DNA of 64,000 nt from an uncultured Myxococcales bacterium (GCA_903857665.1 CAIOFV010000098.1:968-64967), one strand, 5' to 3'. Shown: positions 9,307-18,635, numbered from the stretch's first letter. Program-made: numbers and translations. Notes: a model not told the origin generated them from the sequence alone.

Positions 9307-10872
9307 TCAGATCTCCAGGCGGGACACGGGGATCTCGGGCGCCTGGTCCGCGACCGGCGACGCCCGGCGCGCCCGGCCACCGGCCCAGTCCCGCATCCCG
9401 TCGATCTTCTCCTTCATGGTGAACGCCAGCGGCACCATCTCGCCGACGCTGCGAAGGAGGCCCTCGGTGGCCAGGTCCGCCCCCCGGTCGAAGGCGTCGT
9501 ACAGCGCGCTCACGACCGACTGCTCGATTTCGGCGCCGCTGAATGCCTGCGTGCGGGACACGATCTCGCGGAGGTCGAAAGCCGATACGTCGCGCGCCAC
9601 GCGGCTGCGCCGGTTCAGCTTTTCGACCTGGATGCGGAAGATGTCCGCCCGCTCGTCCGGGGTCGGCAGGTCCACGAAGAAGATCTCGTCGAAGCGGCCC
9701 TTCCGCAACAGTTCGGGCGGCAGCAGCGACACGTCGTTCGCGGTGGCGATGACGAACACGGGCGTGGTCTTTTCCTGCAGCCAGGTGATGAAGGACGCGA
9801 ACACGCGGGCCGAGGTGCCCCCGTCGGTCTCGCCCGACGAACGCGTGCCCGAAAAGCCCTTCTCGATTTCGTCCAGCCACAGGATCGACGGCGCGACCGC
9901 CTCGGCCGTCCGGATGGCGCGGCGGATGTTTTCCTCGGACGAACCGACCAGCGAACTGAACACCTTGCCCACGTCCAGGCGCAGCAGCGGCATCTGCCAG
10001 AGGCCCGAAACGGCCTTGGCGGTCAGGGACTTGCCGCAGCCCGGCACGCCGATCATCAGGATGCCCTTGGGGATGGGAAGCCCGAAGTCCCGGGCCTCCT
10101 GCGTGAAGGCCGCCTGGCGTTTCTTCAGCCAGTCCTTCAGGATTTCCAGGCCGCCGACGTCGCTCCATTGCGCGTCGGTTTCGAAGAATTCCAGGATTCC
10201 CGACTTGCGGATGATGTGCTTCTTTTCCCCCAGGATGGTCGCGATGTCGAAGTCCTTCTTGCGGACCAGCGCCTTCGACAGCACGTAGGAGATCTCGCTT
10301 TCCGTCAGGCCCAGCGCCGCATCGACGATGCGCTTCCTCTGTGTGGGATCCTTCAGCATCGCGATGCCCGGCCGCGCGGACATCGGCACGCTGGCCAGCG
10401 TGCGCTCGACCACGGTTTCGATCTCCTCGGCCGTCGGCAGGTCGAAGTCCACGATCGCCATGTCCTTTTCGAGTTCCAGCGGCGCCTTCAGGACGGCCGA
10501 CAGCAGGACCAGGTGCTTCTTGTAGCGCGCGCTGTTGGCGAACGATCGGCACAGGTCCCGCAGGCGACGGACGATGGTCGGGTCGGTAAGGTAGGGGTGG
10601 AAGTCCCGCAGCACGAAGATCGCGTGATCCTCGAAGCCCTCCACGCTTTCCAGGGCCTTGATCGGGTCCTTGACGTCCTTGGAAAGGGTGTTTCCCTCCT
10701 CCCGGAATCCTTCGGTGATCGACCAGGTGACCAGTTTCCGGCCCCGGTCGCGCCCGATCTCGCGCAGGCGGCCCTCGACGCGGTCCTCTTCGGGGGACAC
10801 CACGTAGATCAACGGATAGGCGGCCTTGATGAGGTCCGTGATTTCCTGGGTGCTGGACACGTCGGTTCGCAT
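9307..10872 (-). CDS. Ycf46-type AAA+ ATPase
   Basis: Degenerate N-terminal AAA (EEDR, DFHPYL) plus active AAA: VGGLEILKDWL, GVPGCGKS, LDEIEK, ATAN, PPELLRKGRFDEIFFVDLP. Confidence 0.93.
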   Translation of the reverse strand: MRTDVSSTQEITDLIKAAYPLIYVVSPEEDRVEGRLREIGRDRGRKLVTWSITEGFREEGNTLSKDVKDPIKALESVEGFEDHAIFVLRDFHPYLTDPTIVRRLRDLCRSFANSARYKKHLVLLSAVLKAPLELEKDMAIVDFDLPTAEEIETVVERTLASVPMSARPGIAMLKDPTQRKRIVDAALGLTESEISYVLSKALVRKKDFDIATILGEKKHIIRKSGILEFFETDAQWSDVGGLEILKDWLKKRQAAFTQEARDFGLPIPKGILMIGVPGCGKSLTAKAVSGLWQMPLLRLDVGKVFSSLVGSSEENIRRAIRTAEAVAPSILWLDEIEKGFSGTRSSGETDGGTSARVFASFITWLQEKTTPVFVIATANDVSLLPPELLRKGRFDEIFFVDLPTPDERADIFRIQVEKLNRRSRVARDVSAFDLREIVSRTQAFSGAEIEQSVVSALYDAFDRGADLATEGLLRSVGEMVPLAFTMKEKIDGMRDWAGGRARRASPVADQAPEIPVSRLEI

Positions 10873-10903
10873 GCGTACGTCCTTGCGTTCAGGGGTCGGC
10901 CGG

Positions 10904-12802
10904 TCAGGGCGCAGGCTGCCACAGGCGCCGGCCTGCAGCCCAGGCGACTCGGAACGCGTCGAGGTCCTCGCCGATCATGCGACGGACGTCCCGGACGGAT
11001 TCTGCCAGTTCGCCGGGGGACGTGCCGCCCAGAGCCGCATTCACCCCTTCGGGAACCTCGGCCCCGCTGTTCAGCGCCTCCAGCACCGACACCACGTCCT
11101 TCAGCGTCGCCTGCAGGACCACCAGCCCGTCGGCCAGGGTCGCCAGGGCATCATCGACGCGGGACAACGTTTCGGCCAGTTCCGGGGCCGTGGAACTGGT
11201 TTTCGACTCCGGCACTTCGGCCGGGCGACGGGAAAGCTCCGATTGCAGTTCGTCCACGCGGGCCGACAGGTTCTGCGCCCTTTCCACCGCGGCCGCAGCA
11301 TCGGCGGCCAGGCGGGCCCGCTGCTCGGGCAGGTCCGCGATCTCGCCACGCAGGGAATCCAGGTCCGCCGCCAGCGAGCGGACCGTCGCCTCCAGCGTTT
11401 CGGCTTCCCGTGCCTTGGCCCGGTACTCCGGATGGTCCGAAATATCCTCGCGCTCGCTGCGACGCGCCCGGGCGGCCTCCTCCAGCCCCTGGATCCGCAC
11501 CGCCAGTTCGTCGCGCTCGGCGGTCAGCACCTTCATTTCGGCATGCAGGCTGGCCGTGTTCGTCCGCTGATCGTCCAGTTCGCGGTTCTTCCGATGGTAG
11601 TCCTCCAGCAGGCGCGTCTTTTCCTGTTCCAGATCCGCGATTCCGACGCCCAGCCGGACCTTGCGCAACTCGTCTTCCTTCCTTTCGACGTCGCGTCGCA
11701 GGGACGCGATGAGGTTGCGGTTCTCGTCGATCACCGCCTCGAGGTTGCGGGACTTCCGTTCCAGTTCCTGCTGGCGCCCAGTATCCGTATGGCAGTATTC
11801 CTGCAGGCGCTCGTTTTCCTCGCGGATGGCCTTCAGATCGTATTCGCGGCCGTCCAGCTCCCGACGCAGGCGCTCGATTTCGCGATCCCGCTCGGTCAAC
11901 TTGACCTTGAGGTTGCCGATCTCCTCCGCATGCTGACCGGTGCGACCACGGATCGATTCGACATGGGCGGTCAGCGAGACGACCTTCTCCCGCAGTTCCG
12001 CGGATTCGATTTCGCGGTCGGACCCTTCCGAACGCACGCTATCGACCTGCGCCTGGAGGTGCGACACCTGGTCGCGCATGTCCAGGTACTTCGAGTGCAT
12101 GCCTTCCAGGCTGGACGTGGCGACCGTGGCCCGGGACTCCGCCTCCTTGAGCCGGCGCTCGCCGTCGGCCATCAGGCCCTTGAGGTGGCGGATCTCCTCC
12201 TCGCGTTCGGCCAGCGTGCCGGACATCGCGTCGATGCGGGCCTTTGCCGGCGCGGCGTCGGGGGAAGCCCCGGGACTGCGGGCCGGTGGCACAGGCACCG
12301 CGGGCGTCGCGGCGGTCCCGGGCTGACGGGGCGCGACGATCACCGGCGGCACCGCCGCGAGGGTCGGCCGGATCACCGCGTCCAAAGACGCCGCCGGGGG
12401 AGCGTTCACCCGCTGCGGATCCGAAGCCGGCTGCGACGGCAGTTCGTGTTCGATCATCGTCCGACCGTCGGAATCGGCGGATGGCGCCGGAACGTGGACC
12501 CGCCTCGACTCCAGGACGAAGCGGACCTGGACCTCGCCCAGCAGGATCACGTCGCCGTCGGCCAGGGGCTCGGCGCCCGTCACCTTGCGGTCGTTCAGGA
12601 ACGACCCGTTGACGCTGCCGAGGTCCGTGTACACGAACCGCCCGGCCTCCAGGGCGATGCGACCGTGGTTCCGACCGACCGAATGGTTGGGGATCACGCA
12701 CTGGCTGGAGGGGCTGCGGCCGATCACCGCGCCCGCGGAGGTCTCGGGAATCTCGAAACGCCGGGGACGCCCTTCGGCGTCGATGAATTCGATACGCGCC
12801 AT
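10904..12802 (-). CDS. FHA-domain protein with Pro/Ala linker and long coiled coil
   Basis: FHA IGRS...SVGRNHGRI...DLGSVNGSFLN, followed by about 350 aa of E/R/L-rich heptad sequence; start reassigned to ATG 12802. Confidence 0.85.
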   Translation of the reverse strand: MARIEFIDAEGRPRRFEIPETSAGAVIGRSPSSQCVIPNHSVGRNHGRIALEAGRFVYTDLGSVNGSFLNDRKVTGAEPLADGDVILLGEVQVRFVLESRRVHVPAPSADSDGRTMIEHELPSQPASDPQRVNAPPAASLDAVIRPTLAAVPPVIVAPRQPGTAATPAVPVPPARSPGASPDAAPAKARIDAMSGTLAEREEEIRHLKGLMADGERRLKEAESRATVATSSLEGMHSKYLDMRDQVSHLQAQVDSVRSEGSDREIESAELREKVVSLTAHVESIRGRTGQHAEEIGNLKVKLTERDREIERLRRELDGREYDLKAIREENERLQEYCHTDTGRQQELERKSRNLEAVIDENRNLIASLRRDVERKEDELRKVRLGVGIADLEQEKTRLLEDYHRKNRELDDQRTNTASLHAEMKVLTAERDELAVRIQGLEEAARARRSEREDISDHPEYRAKAREAETLEATVRSLAADLDSLRGEIADLPEQRARLAADAAAAVERAQNLSARVDELQSELSRRPAEVPESKTSSTAPELAETLSRVDDALATLADGLVVLQATLKDVVSVLEALNSGAEVPEGVNAALGGTSPGELAESVRDVRRMIGEDLDAFRVAWAAGRRLWQPAP

Positions 12803-12898
12803 GGTCCGGTATGATACCAGACTCGATGGGCTCCTCCAACGACGGAGGGCCGGAGGGATCCGGACGACGAGGACGGTCGCCGGGCCCGGGGAGAACGG

Positions 12899-13768
12899 GT
12901 GGGCAGAGTCGGACAAGACGAGGCCAGGCAAGGCCGTCCGGCCCGGGATCGCGGCCTGGCGAGGCGATTGGCCCCGGCCGCGCTGGCCAGCCTGGCGTTC
13001 CACGGGCTGCTGGCGCTGGCGCTGCTGGCCTTCGGGGCGGATCCATCGAGCCGGCGGTTCGCGGATGCCCATGTGCCGCTGCGGATGGTCGAGCGGCCCG
13101 GTCCGGCGGGTTCGACGACCGCCGCACGGGTCGATGGGGATCCGCCCCGGGCCGTCCTCCCGCAGGAGGCGCCGGTGGCGGCACATCGACGCCCCCCGGA
13201 ACATCGACCGGACGGAACGCCGGGGCGGGTCGATGAACCGGAGGCCGCCCGGGGAACGCCTTCCGCCTCGCAGGACGCCGACCCGCGACTCGCCGCCCCT
13301 GTCCCGGCCTCCGAGGCCGACGCGAACCCAGGTCCCGCCGGGGCCGCTTCGGTCGGAACAGGCAGCGGCGACGGATCCGGGGCGTCGATCGCCGAAACAG
13401 GGGCCGGGGCCGGGCTCGCGACGCCGGACGGCGCCGGAACCGGGATCGGCCGCCCGGCGGCAACCCGTCCCGAGGGCCTGACCGACGGGAAGATGCGCTA
13501 TGCCCTCGAGGTGCGCCGTCGCCTGGTCGATGCCCGCCGGTACCCCGAACGGGCCCGGAAATCCGATCAGGCCGGGACCGTTGTCCTCCGACTCCGCGTC
13601 GATGCCGATGGTCATCTGGCCGCCACCTCCGTCGAGGCCCCGTCGGACTGGCCGGACCTGGACCGGGCGGCGCTGGCGGCCGCCGATCGACTGGGCAGCC
13701 TTCCGCCCCCTCCGGGAGGGCCCATCGAGGTCCTGGTCCCCGTCCGGTTCAGCCTGGGTCCGCCGTGA
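12899..13768 (+). CDS. TonB-family energy transducer (TonB C-terminal domain)
   Basis: N-terminal TM with S-xxx-H (ASLAFHGLL), Pro/Gly-rich linker, YPERARK..G.V.LR..VDADG...S...LDRAAL...VPVRF. Confidence 0.8.
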   Translation: MGRVGQDEARQGRPARDRGLARRLAPAALASLAFHGLLALALLAFGADPSSRRFADAHVPLRMVERPGPAGSTTAARVDGDPPRAVLPQEAPVAAHRRPPEHRPDGTPGRVDEPEAARGTPSASQDADPRLAAPVPASEADANPGPAGAASVGTGSGDGSGASIAETGAGAGLATPDGAGTGIGRPAATRPEGLTDGKMRYALEVRRRLVDARRYPERARKSDQAGTVVLRLRVDADGHLAATSVEAPSDWPDLDRAALAAADRLGSLPPPPGGPIEVLVPVRFSLGPP

Positions 13769-14939
13769 CGTGCAGCGAGGGCCCGGATCCGGCTGCGGCG
13801 TCCCGGTCCGCAGCACCGGGGATCCACCCGCGCTTCAGCCGGTAGTAGAAGGTCGAACGGGGCAGGCCGCTTTCGGCGATCTGGCGGCGGCGGTCCGGTC
13901 GTGCCACCCCGCCGTCCGCAACGCCGTTCGAGGGCGTCAGCGCGAGGCGACCCACCGCGATGGCCTCCCGGACCGCGTCGGCCTGCAACGGGCCGTCGCC
14001 GGACAGGGCTTCGGCCCGTCGCAACACGTTCCGCAACTCCCGCACGTTCCCCGGCCAGGAGTACGAAGCCAGCACCTCGATCGCCGCGGGCGCAAGCCCT
14101 TCCTGCGCTGCCGCGCCCCGGCACAGCCGCCTGGCGATTGCCGGCAGATCCTCCGGACGCTCCCGGATCGGCGGGATCCGGATCACGAAGCAGGCAAGCC
14201 GCTGCAGGAGATCCAGCCGCAAGGTTCCCCGGGCCACGGCCATCGCGGGGTCCTGGTGCGTCGCCGCGACCACCCTCGCGTGGTGCGCGACCGGACGATT
14301 CGTGCCGAGTCGCGTCACCGCGCCGTCCTCGACGGCTCGCAGCAGTTTGGCCTGCACCGACAAGGGTGCCTCGGCCACCTCGTCCAGGAACAGCGTGCCG
14401 CCGGACGCGGACTCGAAGGCGCCGGCGCGGGGCGCCGAGGCCCCGGTGAACGCCCCCCGCATCCAGCCGAACAGTTCGGCCTCGGCCAGGTCCCGCGGAA
14501 CCGCCGCCAGGTTCAGCGCCACGAACGGCCGATCACCGCACCCGAGGTCGTGGACCGCACGGGCCAGCAGGTCCTTGCCGGTTCCCGATTCCCCCAGGAT
14601 CAATACCGGGTCCGGCGTGGCGGCCGAGCACGCCGCCAGGTGGAACGCCCGGACCAGGGCTTCGGAGGCGCCGACCAGCGTCGGCCCGAGCGATGCCTCG
14701 ATTCCCTCCGGCGCGACGCGGGCTGCCAGGCACGAGGTGCGCCGACCGGCGACGGACGACACCCGACCGGGTTCCAGCCGTCCCTCCCCGGGACCGCCCG
14801 GGCCTGACAGGCGGACGGCACCCTCGACCCACCGCGCCCGAACGCCGTGCCCCCAGGGAACCGGTTTCGCCTCCGGTCCCACGACCAGGCAACGGACACG
14901 ATGGCCTTCCACGGTCACCAGCAGGCAGATCGGGCGCAT
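13749..14939 (-). CDS. Sigma54-dependent transcriptional activator
   Basis: GESGTGKD, ELFG..RGAFTGA, GGTLFLDEV, WPGNVRELRN, C-terminal HTH (GLPRSTFYYRL). Confidence 0.9.
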   Translation of the reverse strand: MRPICLLVTVEGHRVRCLVVGPEAKPVPWGHGVRARWVEGAVRLSGPGGPGEGRLEPGRVSSVAGRRTSCLAARVAPEGIEASLGPTLVGASEALVRAFHLAACSAATPDPVLILGESGTGKDLLARAVHDLGCGDRPFVALNLAAVPRDLAEAELFGWMRGAFTGASAPRAGAFESASGGTLFLDEVAEAPLSVQAKLLRAVEDGAVTRLGTNRPVAHHARVVAATHQDPAMAVARGTLRLDLLQRLACFVIRIPPIRERPEDLPAIARRLCRGAAAQEGLAPAAIEVLASYSWPGNVRELRNVLRRAEALSGDGPLQADAVREAIAVGRLALTPSNGVADGGVARPDRRRQIAESGLPRSTFYYRLKRGWIPGAADRDAAAGSGPSLHVTADPG

Positions 14940-15026
14940 GCTCCCCTCCTCGCGGACGAACGGGATATCGCAGGAGGGGCCACGGACGTTTCACCGGGCC
15001 TGGCCTGCCCTTCCAGGCCTCGCGCC

Positions 15027-15055
15027 TTGCCTCGGTAGGAGCGGTCTGGTACTGT
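15027..15055 (+). promoter_or_regulatory. Putative promoter of the tat operon
   Basis: TTGCCT-17 nt-TACTGT with a TG extension. Confidence 0.45.
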
Positions 15056-15084
15056 GCTTGCCGGTATTGACCCCGGGAGGGGTG

Positions 15085-15465
15085 ATGTTCGGTGTAGGCT
15101 GGACCGAGATCCTGGTCATCCTCGTTGTGGCCCTGCTGGTGCTGGGTCCCAACAAGCTTCCCGAAATCGCCAAGGGACTGGGCAAAGGCATCCGGGATTT
15201 TCGCAAGGCCATGAACAGCCTCGAAGATGATCCGACTCCGCCTCCTCCGGCCGCCTGGTCGACCCCGACGACGCCGCCCGCCGCCGCCCAGCCCGCGCCC
15301 CCGCCAGCAGCGATCGCGCCGCCAGCGGCACCGCCTGCTTCGCCGGCTGCCCCTCCCGTCGCAAGCGAACCTGCCGCGCCCCCTCCCCGGTGGCCGACCC
15401 CGCTGACTCCGCCGCCCCCCGAGCCCCCGACCGAGCGGACCGAATCGGGAAAGTCTCCGGCGTAA
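15085..15465 (+). CDS. tatB: Twin-arginine translocase TatA/TatB family subunit
   Basis: MFGVGWTEILVILVVALLVLGPNKLPEIAKGLGKGIRDFRKA plus Pro-rich tail; RBS GGGAGG. TatA versus TatB is not certain. Confidence 0.85.
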   Translation: MFGVGWTEILVILVVALLVLGPNKLPEIAKGLGKGIRDFRKAMNSLEDDPTPPPPAAWSTPTTPPAAAQPAPPPAAIAPPAAPPASPAAPPVASEPAAPPPRWPTPLTPPPPEPPTERTESGKSPA

Positions 15466-15474
15466 GGCACGGCC

Positions 15475-17013
15475 ATGAATGACCGTCCCATGGCCTTCAC
15501 GGAACACCTCGGCGAACTGCGCGACCGCCTGTTGAAATCCGTCGTCGCGATCACCGTGGCGTTCTTCGTCGCCTATGCCTACCACGAGGAGCTGTTCCGC
15601 TTCCTCGCGGCGCCGATCATCGAGGGGCTTCGCGCCCACGGTGTCTACAAGTTGCAGGCCCTGCAGGTCACCGAGGCCATCGTCGTGTACCTGGAAGCGT
15701 CCATGGTGGGCGCGGTGGTGCTGGCGGTACCGTACGTCTTCTACCAGATCTGGGCGTTCATCGCCCCGGGCCTGAAGGAACGCGAGCGCGGCGCGGTCCT
15801 CCCGGTCGTGGGGCTCATTTCCGCATTCTTCCTGCTGGGCGTGGCGTTCTGCTACTACGTGTTCCTGCCGATGGTGGTGGACTTCCTGGTGGATTTCACC
15901 GTTGGGACCGGCGATATCGCGCTGCTGCCCACCGTCGAAAAGACGTTCAGCCTGACGGCGACCTTCCTGCTGATCTTCGGGCTGGTCTTCGAAATGCCCC
16001 TGATCATGTTCTTCGTGTCCGCAGTGGGCCTCGTCAGTTCGACGGCCTTCCTGAAGTTCTCGCGGTACTTCATCGTCGTCGCCTTCATCGTCGGCGCGAT
16101 CTTCACGCCCCCGGACCCTCTGTCCCAGTTGCTGATGGCCGTCCCGCTGTGCGCGCTGTATTTCGTGGGCGTCGCATTCGCCTGGGCGGGGGGTGCGCTG
16201 CGCCGCTCCGGCGAGCGCGGGCTGGCCAAGGCCGTAGTCGTGGGCGTGTTCCTGCTCTTCGCCATGGCCGTGGCCCTGGCGGGGTGGCTGTGGAACCGCC
16301 CGACCGACCGTCCGTCGTCCCGCGCGGCGGTGACCGCGGGCGCGACGTTCGCGGCTCGGGCCGACCCGGCCTCCCGCCTGGGGCGGGCCATCGCCGAAAG
16401 ACGGACCGCCGCAATGGAGCTGGATGCAAAGGGGTGGGTGCTTTCGGCGGGCCCCGATGGGATCGCGTGGGCCGCGATGGAACCCCAGTCGGCCTGCCCG
16501 GGCGACGACCTGCCGTCCTGGTACCTGCCCACGACCCTTCCGTCCCGTTGCCTGGTGAACGGCGCCGCGCCCGGCGACGCCAAGGTGGACGAGGCGTTCG
16601 CGGTGCTCGACGATCGGGATCGCCCGGTGTCGGGAGCGGCCCTGCCGGATTGCCTGGCCTTGCTGGGCCCCGCGGGGCTGCCGACGGGCGCCGGCATGAC
16701 GTTCCGCGCCGAGGAAGGCCCGGCCGGCCTGGCCACCGTCACGTTGCGCTTCGAGGGGGACGCAGGTGCCCGGGCGGCCCTGACCGACTGGGTGGCGCGC
16801 TCGCGAGAGCGCCTTTCGCCCGGCCGGGGCGTGTCGGGCCTCGAAGAGTCGCTGCTGGGTTCGGTGCTGGCGTGGTCCGAGGGCGACCTCGACATCGCCA
16901 TGGAAGAAGACGCCACCGTGGTATCGATCACGACGACCCCGGCCCGGGCGGCCCGGATGGTGGCTCGGCTTGCCCTGGGCGGCGCTGCGGCCTGCGGGCC
17001 GAAAGGACCGTGA
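15475..17013 (+). CDS. tatC: TatC with an extra TM helix and a ~240 aa C-terminal extension
   Basis: MAFTEHLGELRDRL, YQIWAFIAPGL..ER, FGLVFEMP, IFTPPDPLSQLLMAVP; 512 aa against the usual ~250. Confidence 0.9.
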   Translation: MNDRPMAFTEHLGELRDRLLKSVVAITVAFFVAYAYHEELFRFLAAPIIEGLRAHGVYKLQALQVTEAIVVYLEASMVGAVVLAVPYVFYQIWAFIAPGLKERERGAVLPVVGLISAFFLLGVAFCYYVFLPMVVDFLVDFTVGTGDIALLPTVEKTFSLTATFLLIFGLVFEMPLIMFFVSAVGLVSSTAFLKFSRYFIVVAFIVGAIFTPPDPLSQLLMAVPLCALYFVGVAFAWAGGALRRSGERGLAKAVVVGVFLLFAMAVALAGWLWNRPTDRPSSRAAVTAGATFAARADPASRLGRAIAERRTAAMELDAKGWVLSAGPDGIAWAAMEPQSACPGDDLPSWYLPTTLPSRCLVNGAAPGDAKVDEAFAVLDDRDRPVSGAALPDCLALLGPAGLPTGAGMTFRAEEGPAGLATVTLRFEGDAGARAALTDWVARSRERLSPGRGVSGLEESLLGSVLAWSEGDLDIAMEEDATVVSITTTPARAARMVARLALGGAAACGPKGP

Positions 17014-17021
17014 GGCACGCC

Positions 17022-17678
17022 ATGCTGGCCGACGTCTACCGTGTCCTCTTCGCGCAGCGAGGCCACCAGGGCTGGTGGCCCGGCGAAACCGCCTTCGAGA
17101 TGGCCGTCGGCGCCGTGCTGACCCAGAACACCTCCTGGACCAACGTCGAACGGGCGATCGCGAACCTCAAGGCCGCGAGCGCCCTGGAGGCACGGGCCCT
17201 GCTCGATCTGCCCATCGACGAACTCGCCGCCCTGCTGAGGCCGGCCGGGTATTTCAACGTCAAGGCCCGACGACTGAGGGCCCTGGCGGCCTTCCTGATC
17301 GACCGGGCCGACGGCGATCCGACGCGGCTCCCTGCGGGTGACCCGACCCGCCTGCGCCAGGATCTGCTGGCCGTTCCCGGCGTGGGCCGCGAAACCGCCG
17401 ACTCGATCCTGCTGTACGCGGTCGGCGTTCCCACCTTCGTCATCGACGCCTACACGCGCCGACTGTTCGGTCGCCTCGGCCTGCTGGACCCCGAGGCCGA
17501 CTACGACGACCTGCGGGCGGCCTTCGAGGCCGTGCTCCCTCGCGACCCCGGCCTGTTCAACGATTTCCACGCGCAGATCGTGGCCCATGCCAAGGACACC
17601 TGCCGCCCCCGTCCCCTCTGCCCCGAATGCCCCTTCGCGAACTGGTGCCCGACGGCGCCGCGGGAGGGAGGATCATGA
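17022..17678 (+). CDS. Endonuclease III-related HhH-GPD protein (COG2231-like)
   Basis: GWWPGET.FE..VGAVLTQNTSW.NV, GVGRETADSILLYA, FVIDAYTRR, C-terminal CRPRPLCPECPFANWC. Confidence 0.88.
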   Translation: MLADVYRVLFAQRGHQGWWPGETAFEMAVGAVLTQNTSWTNVERAIANLKAASALEARALLDLPIDELAALLRPAGYFNVKARRLRALAAFLIDRADGDPTRLPAGDPTRLRQDLLAVPGVGRETADSILLYAVGVPTFVIDAYTRRLFGRLGLLDPEADYDDLRAAFEAVLPRDPGLFNDFHAQIVAHAKDTCRPRPLCPECPFANWCPTAPREGGS

Positions 17679-18562
17679 CGTCGCGCGCCGCCGGGGTGCT
17701 CGCCCGCCTGCTGGACCTCGTTCTGCCGGGAACCGGCATGCTGTGGGCGGGACACCGCAACGAGGGCTGGAACGCCATTCTGGCCTGGGCGTTCCTGCCG
17801 TCCCTGATGGCGACTTCGGTGGTCCTGCTGGACCTGGATCCTCGCCGGGCCGTGGTCGCGCTGTGCGTCGTGTATACGGCGATGCAGGGCCTGCTCTGGC
17901 TGACGCCCCTCGGAACCGTGCAGGCGCCACGCGCGTCACGGGCGGTCGCCGGCGCCCTGTTGTACGTGGTCCTGCTGGGCCTGGCGACCCTGTCGATGTC
18001 CCGTTCCGTGACCCTCGTGACCGTCCCCGACCACGGCCAGTGGCCGGGGTTGCTGCCCGGGGAACACGTGATGGTGCGCCTCGAGGACTACTCCGAGTCG
18101 CCTCCCGACGTCGGCGAACTGGTGGCCGCCAGGACCGCGAAGGGTGTCCTCCTGGCCCGGGTCGTGGCGGGCGCCGATGACAGGCTCGAGGTTTCAGGCC
18201 CGACCCTCCGCCTCAACGGCGCCGAGGTGGCCGCGGACGACCTGGGGGATCTGAGCCTGGCCGGGTCGGAGGCCGATTCCGCCGAGGCGAGGAACCTGCG
18301 AACCTGGCGGGAACGGTGCGGCGGCCACAGCCACATCGTGTTCTTCGCCCGGGGAGTGACGATGGCCCCCGTGAAGGTCGATGTTCCGGAGGGCCAGGTG
18401 TTCCTGCTCGCCGACAACCGATCGACCGCGCAGGCTTCGGACTCCAGGGATCGGGGCACGGTCGATGTCCGGGACCTGGTGGGGCGCGCCGAAATGGTCC
18501 TGTGGTCTCCCGGGCCCGGCCTCATGCCGCGCTGGGATCGGATCGGCGCCCGCTGGCCGTGA
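17675..18562 (+). CDS. Signal peptidase I (S26) homolog lacking the catalytic Ser/Lys; about 4 N-terminal TM helices
   Basis: Box E (VPEGQVFLLADNR...SDSR) and GRAEMVLWS...RWDRIG retained; box B reads VPDHGQWPGL and box D reads LARVVAG. Confidence 0.78.
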   Translation: MTSRAAGVLARLLDLVLPGTGMLWAGHRNEGWNAILAWAFLPSLMATSVVLLDLDPRRAVVALCVVYTAMQGLLWLTPLGTVQAPRASRAVAGALLYVVLLGLATLSMSRSVTLVTVPDHGQWPGLLPGEHVMVRLEDYSESPPDVGELVAARTAKGVLLARVVAGADDRLEVSGPTLRLNGAEVAADDLGDLSLAGSEADSAEARNLRTWRERCGGHSHIVFFARGVTMAPVKVDVPEGQVFLLADNRSTAQASDSRDRGTVDVRDLVGRAEMVLWSPGPGLMPRWDRIGARWP

Positions 18563-18635
18563 CCCGGACGTCGCGGTTGCGCGACGCCTTCGAATCGCTA
18601 CAATCCCGAAAGCCTCGGTTGCCGGAGAAGTCACG

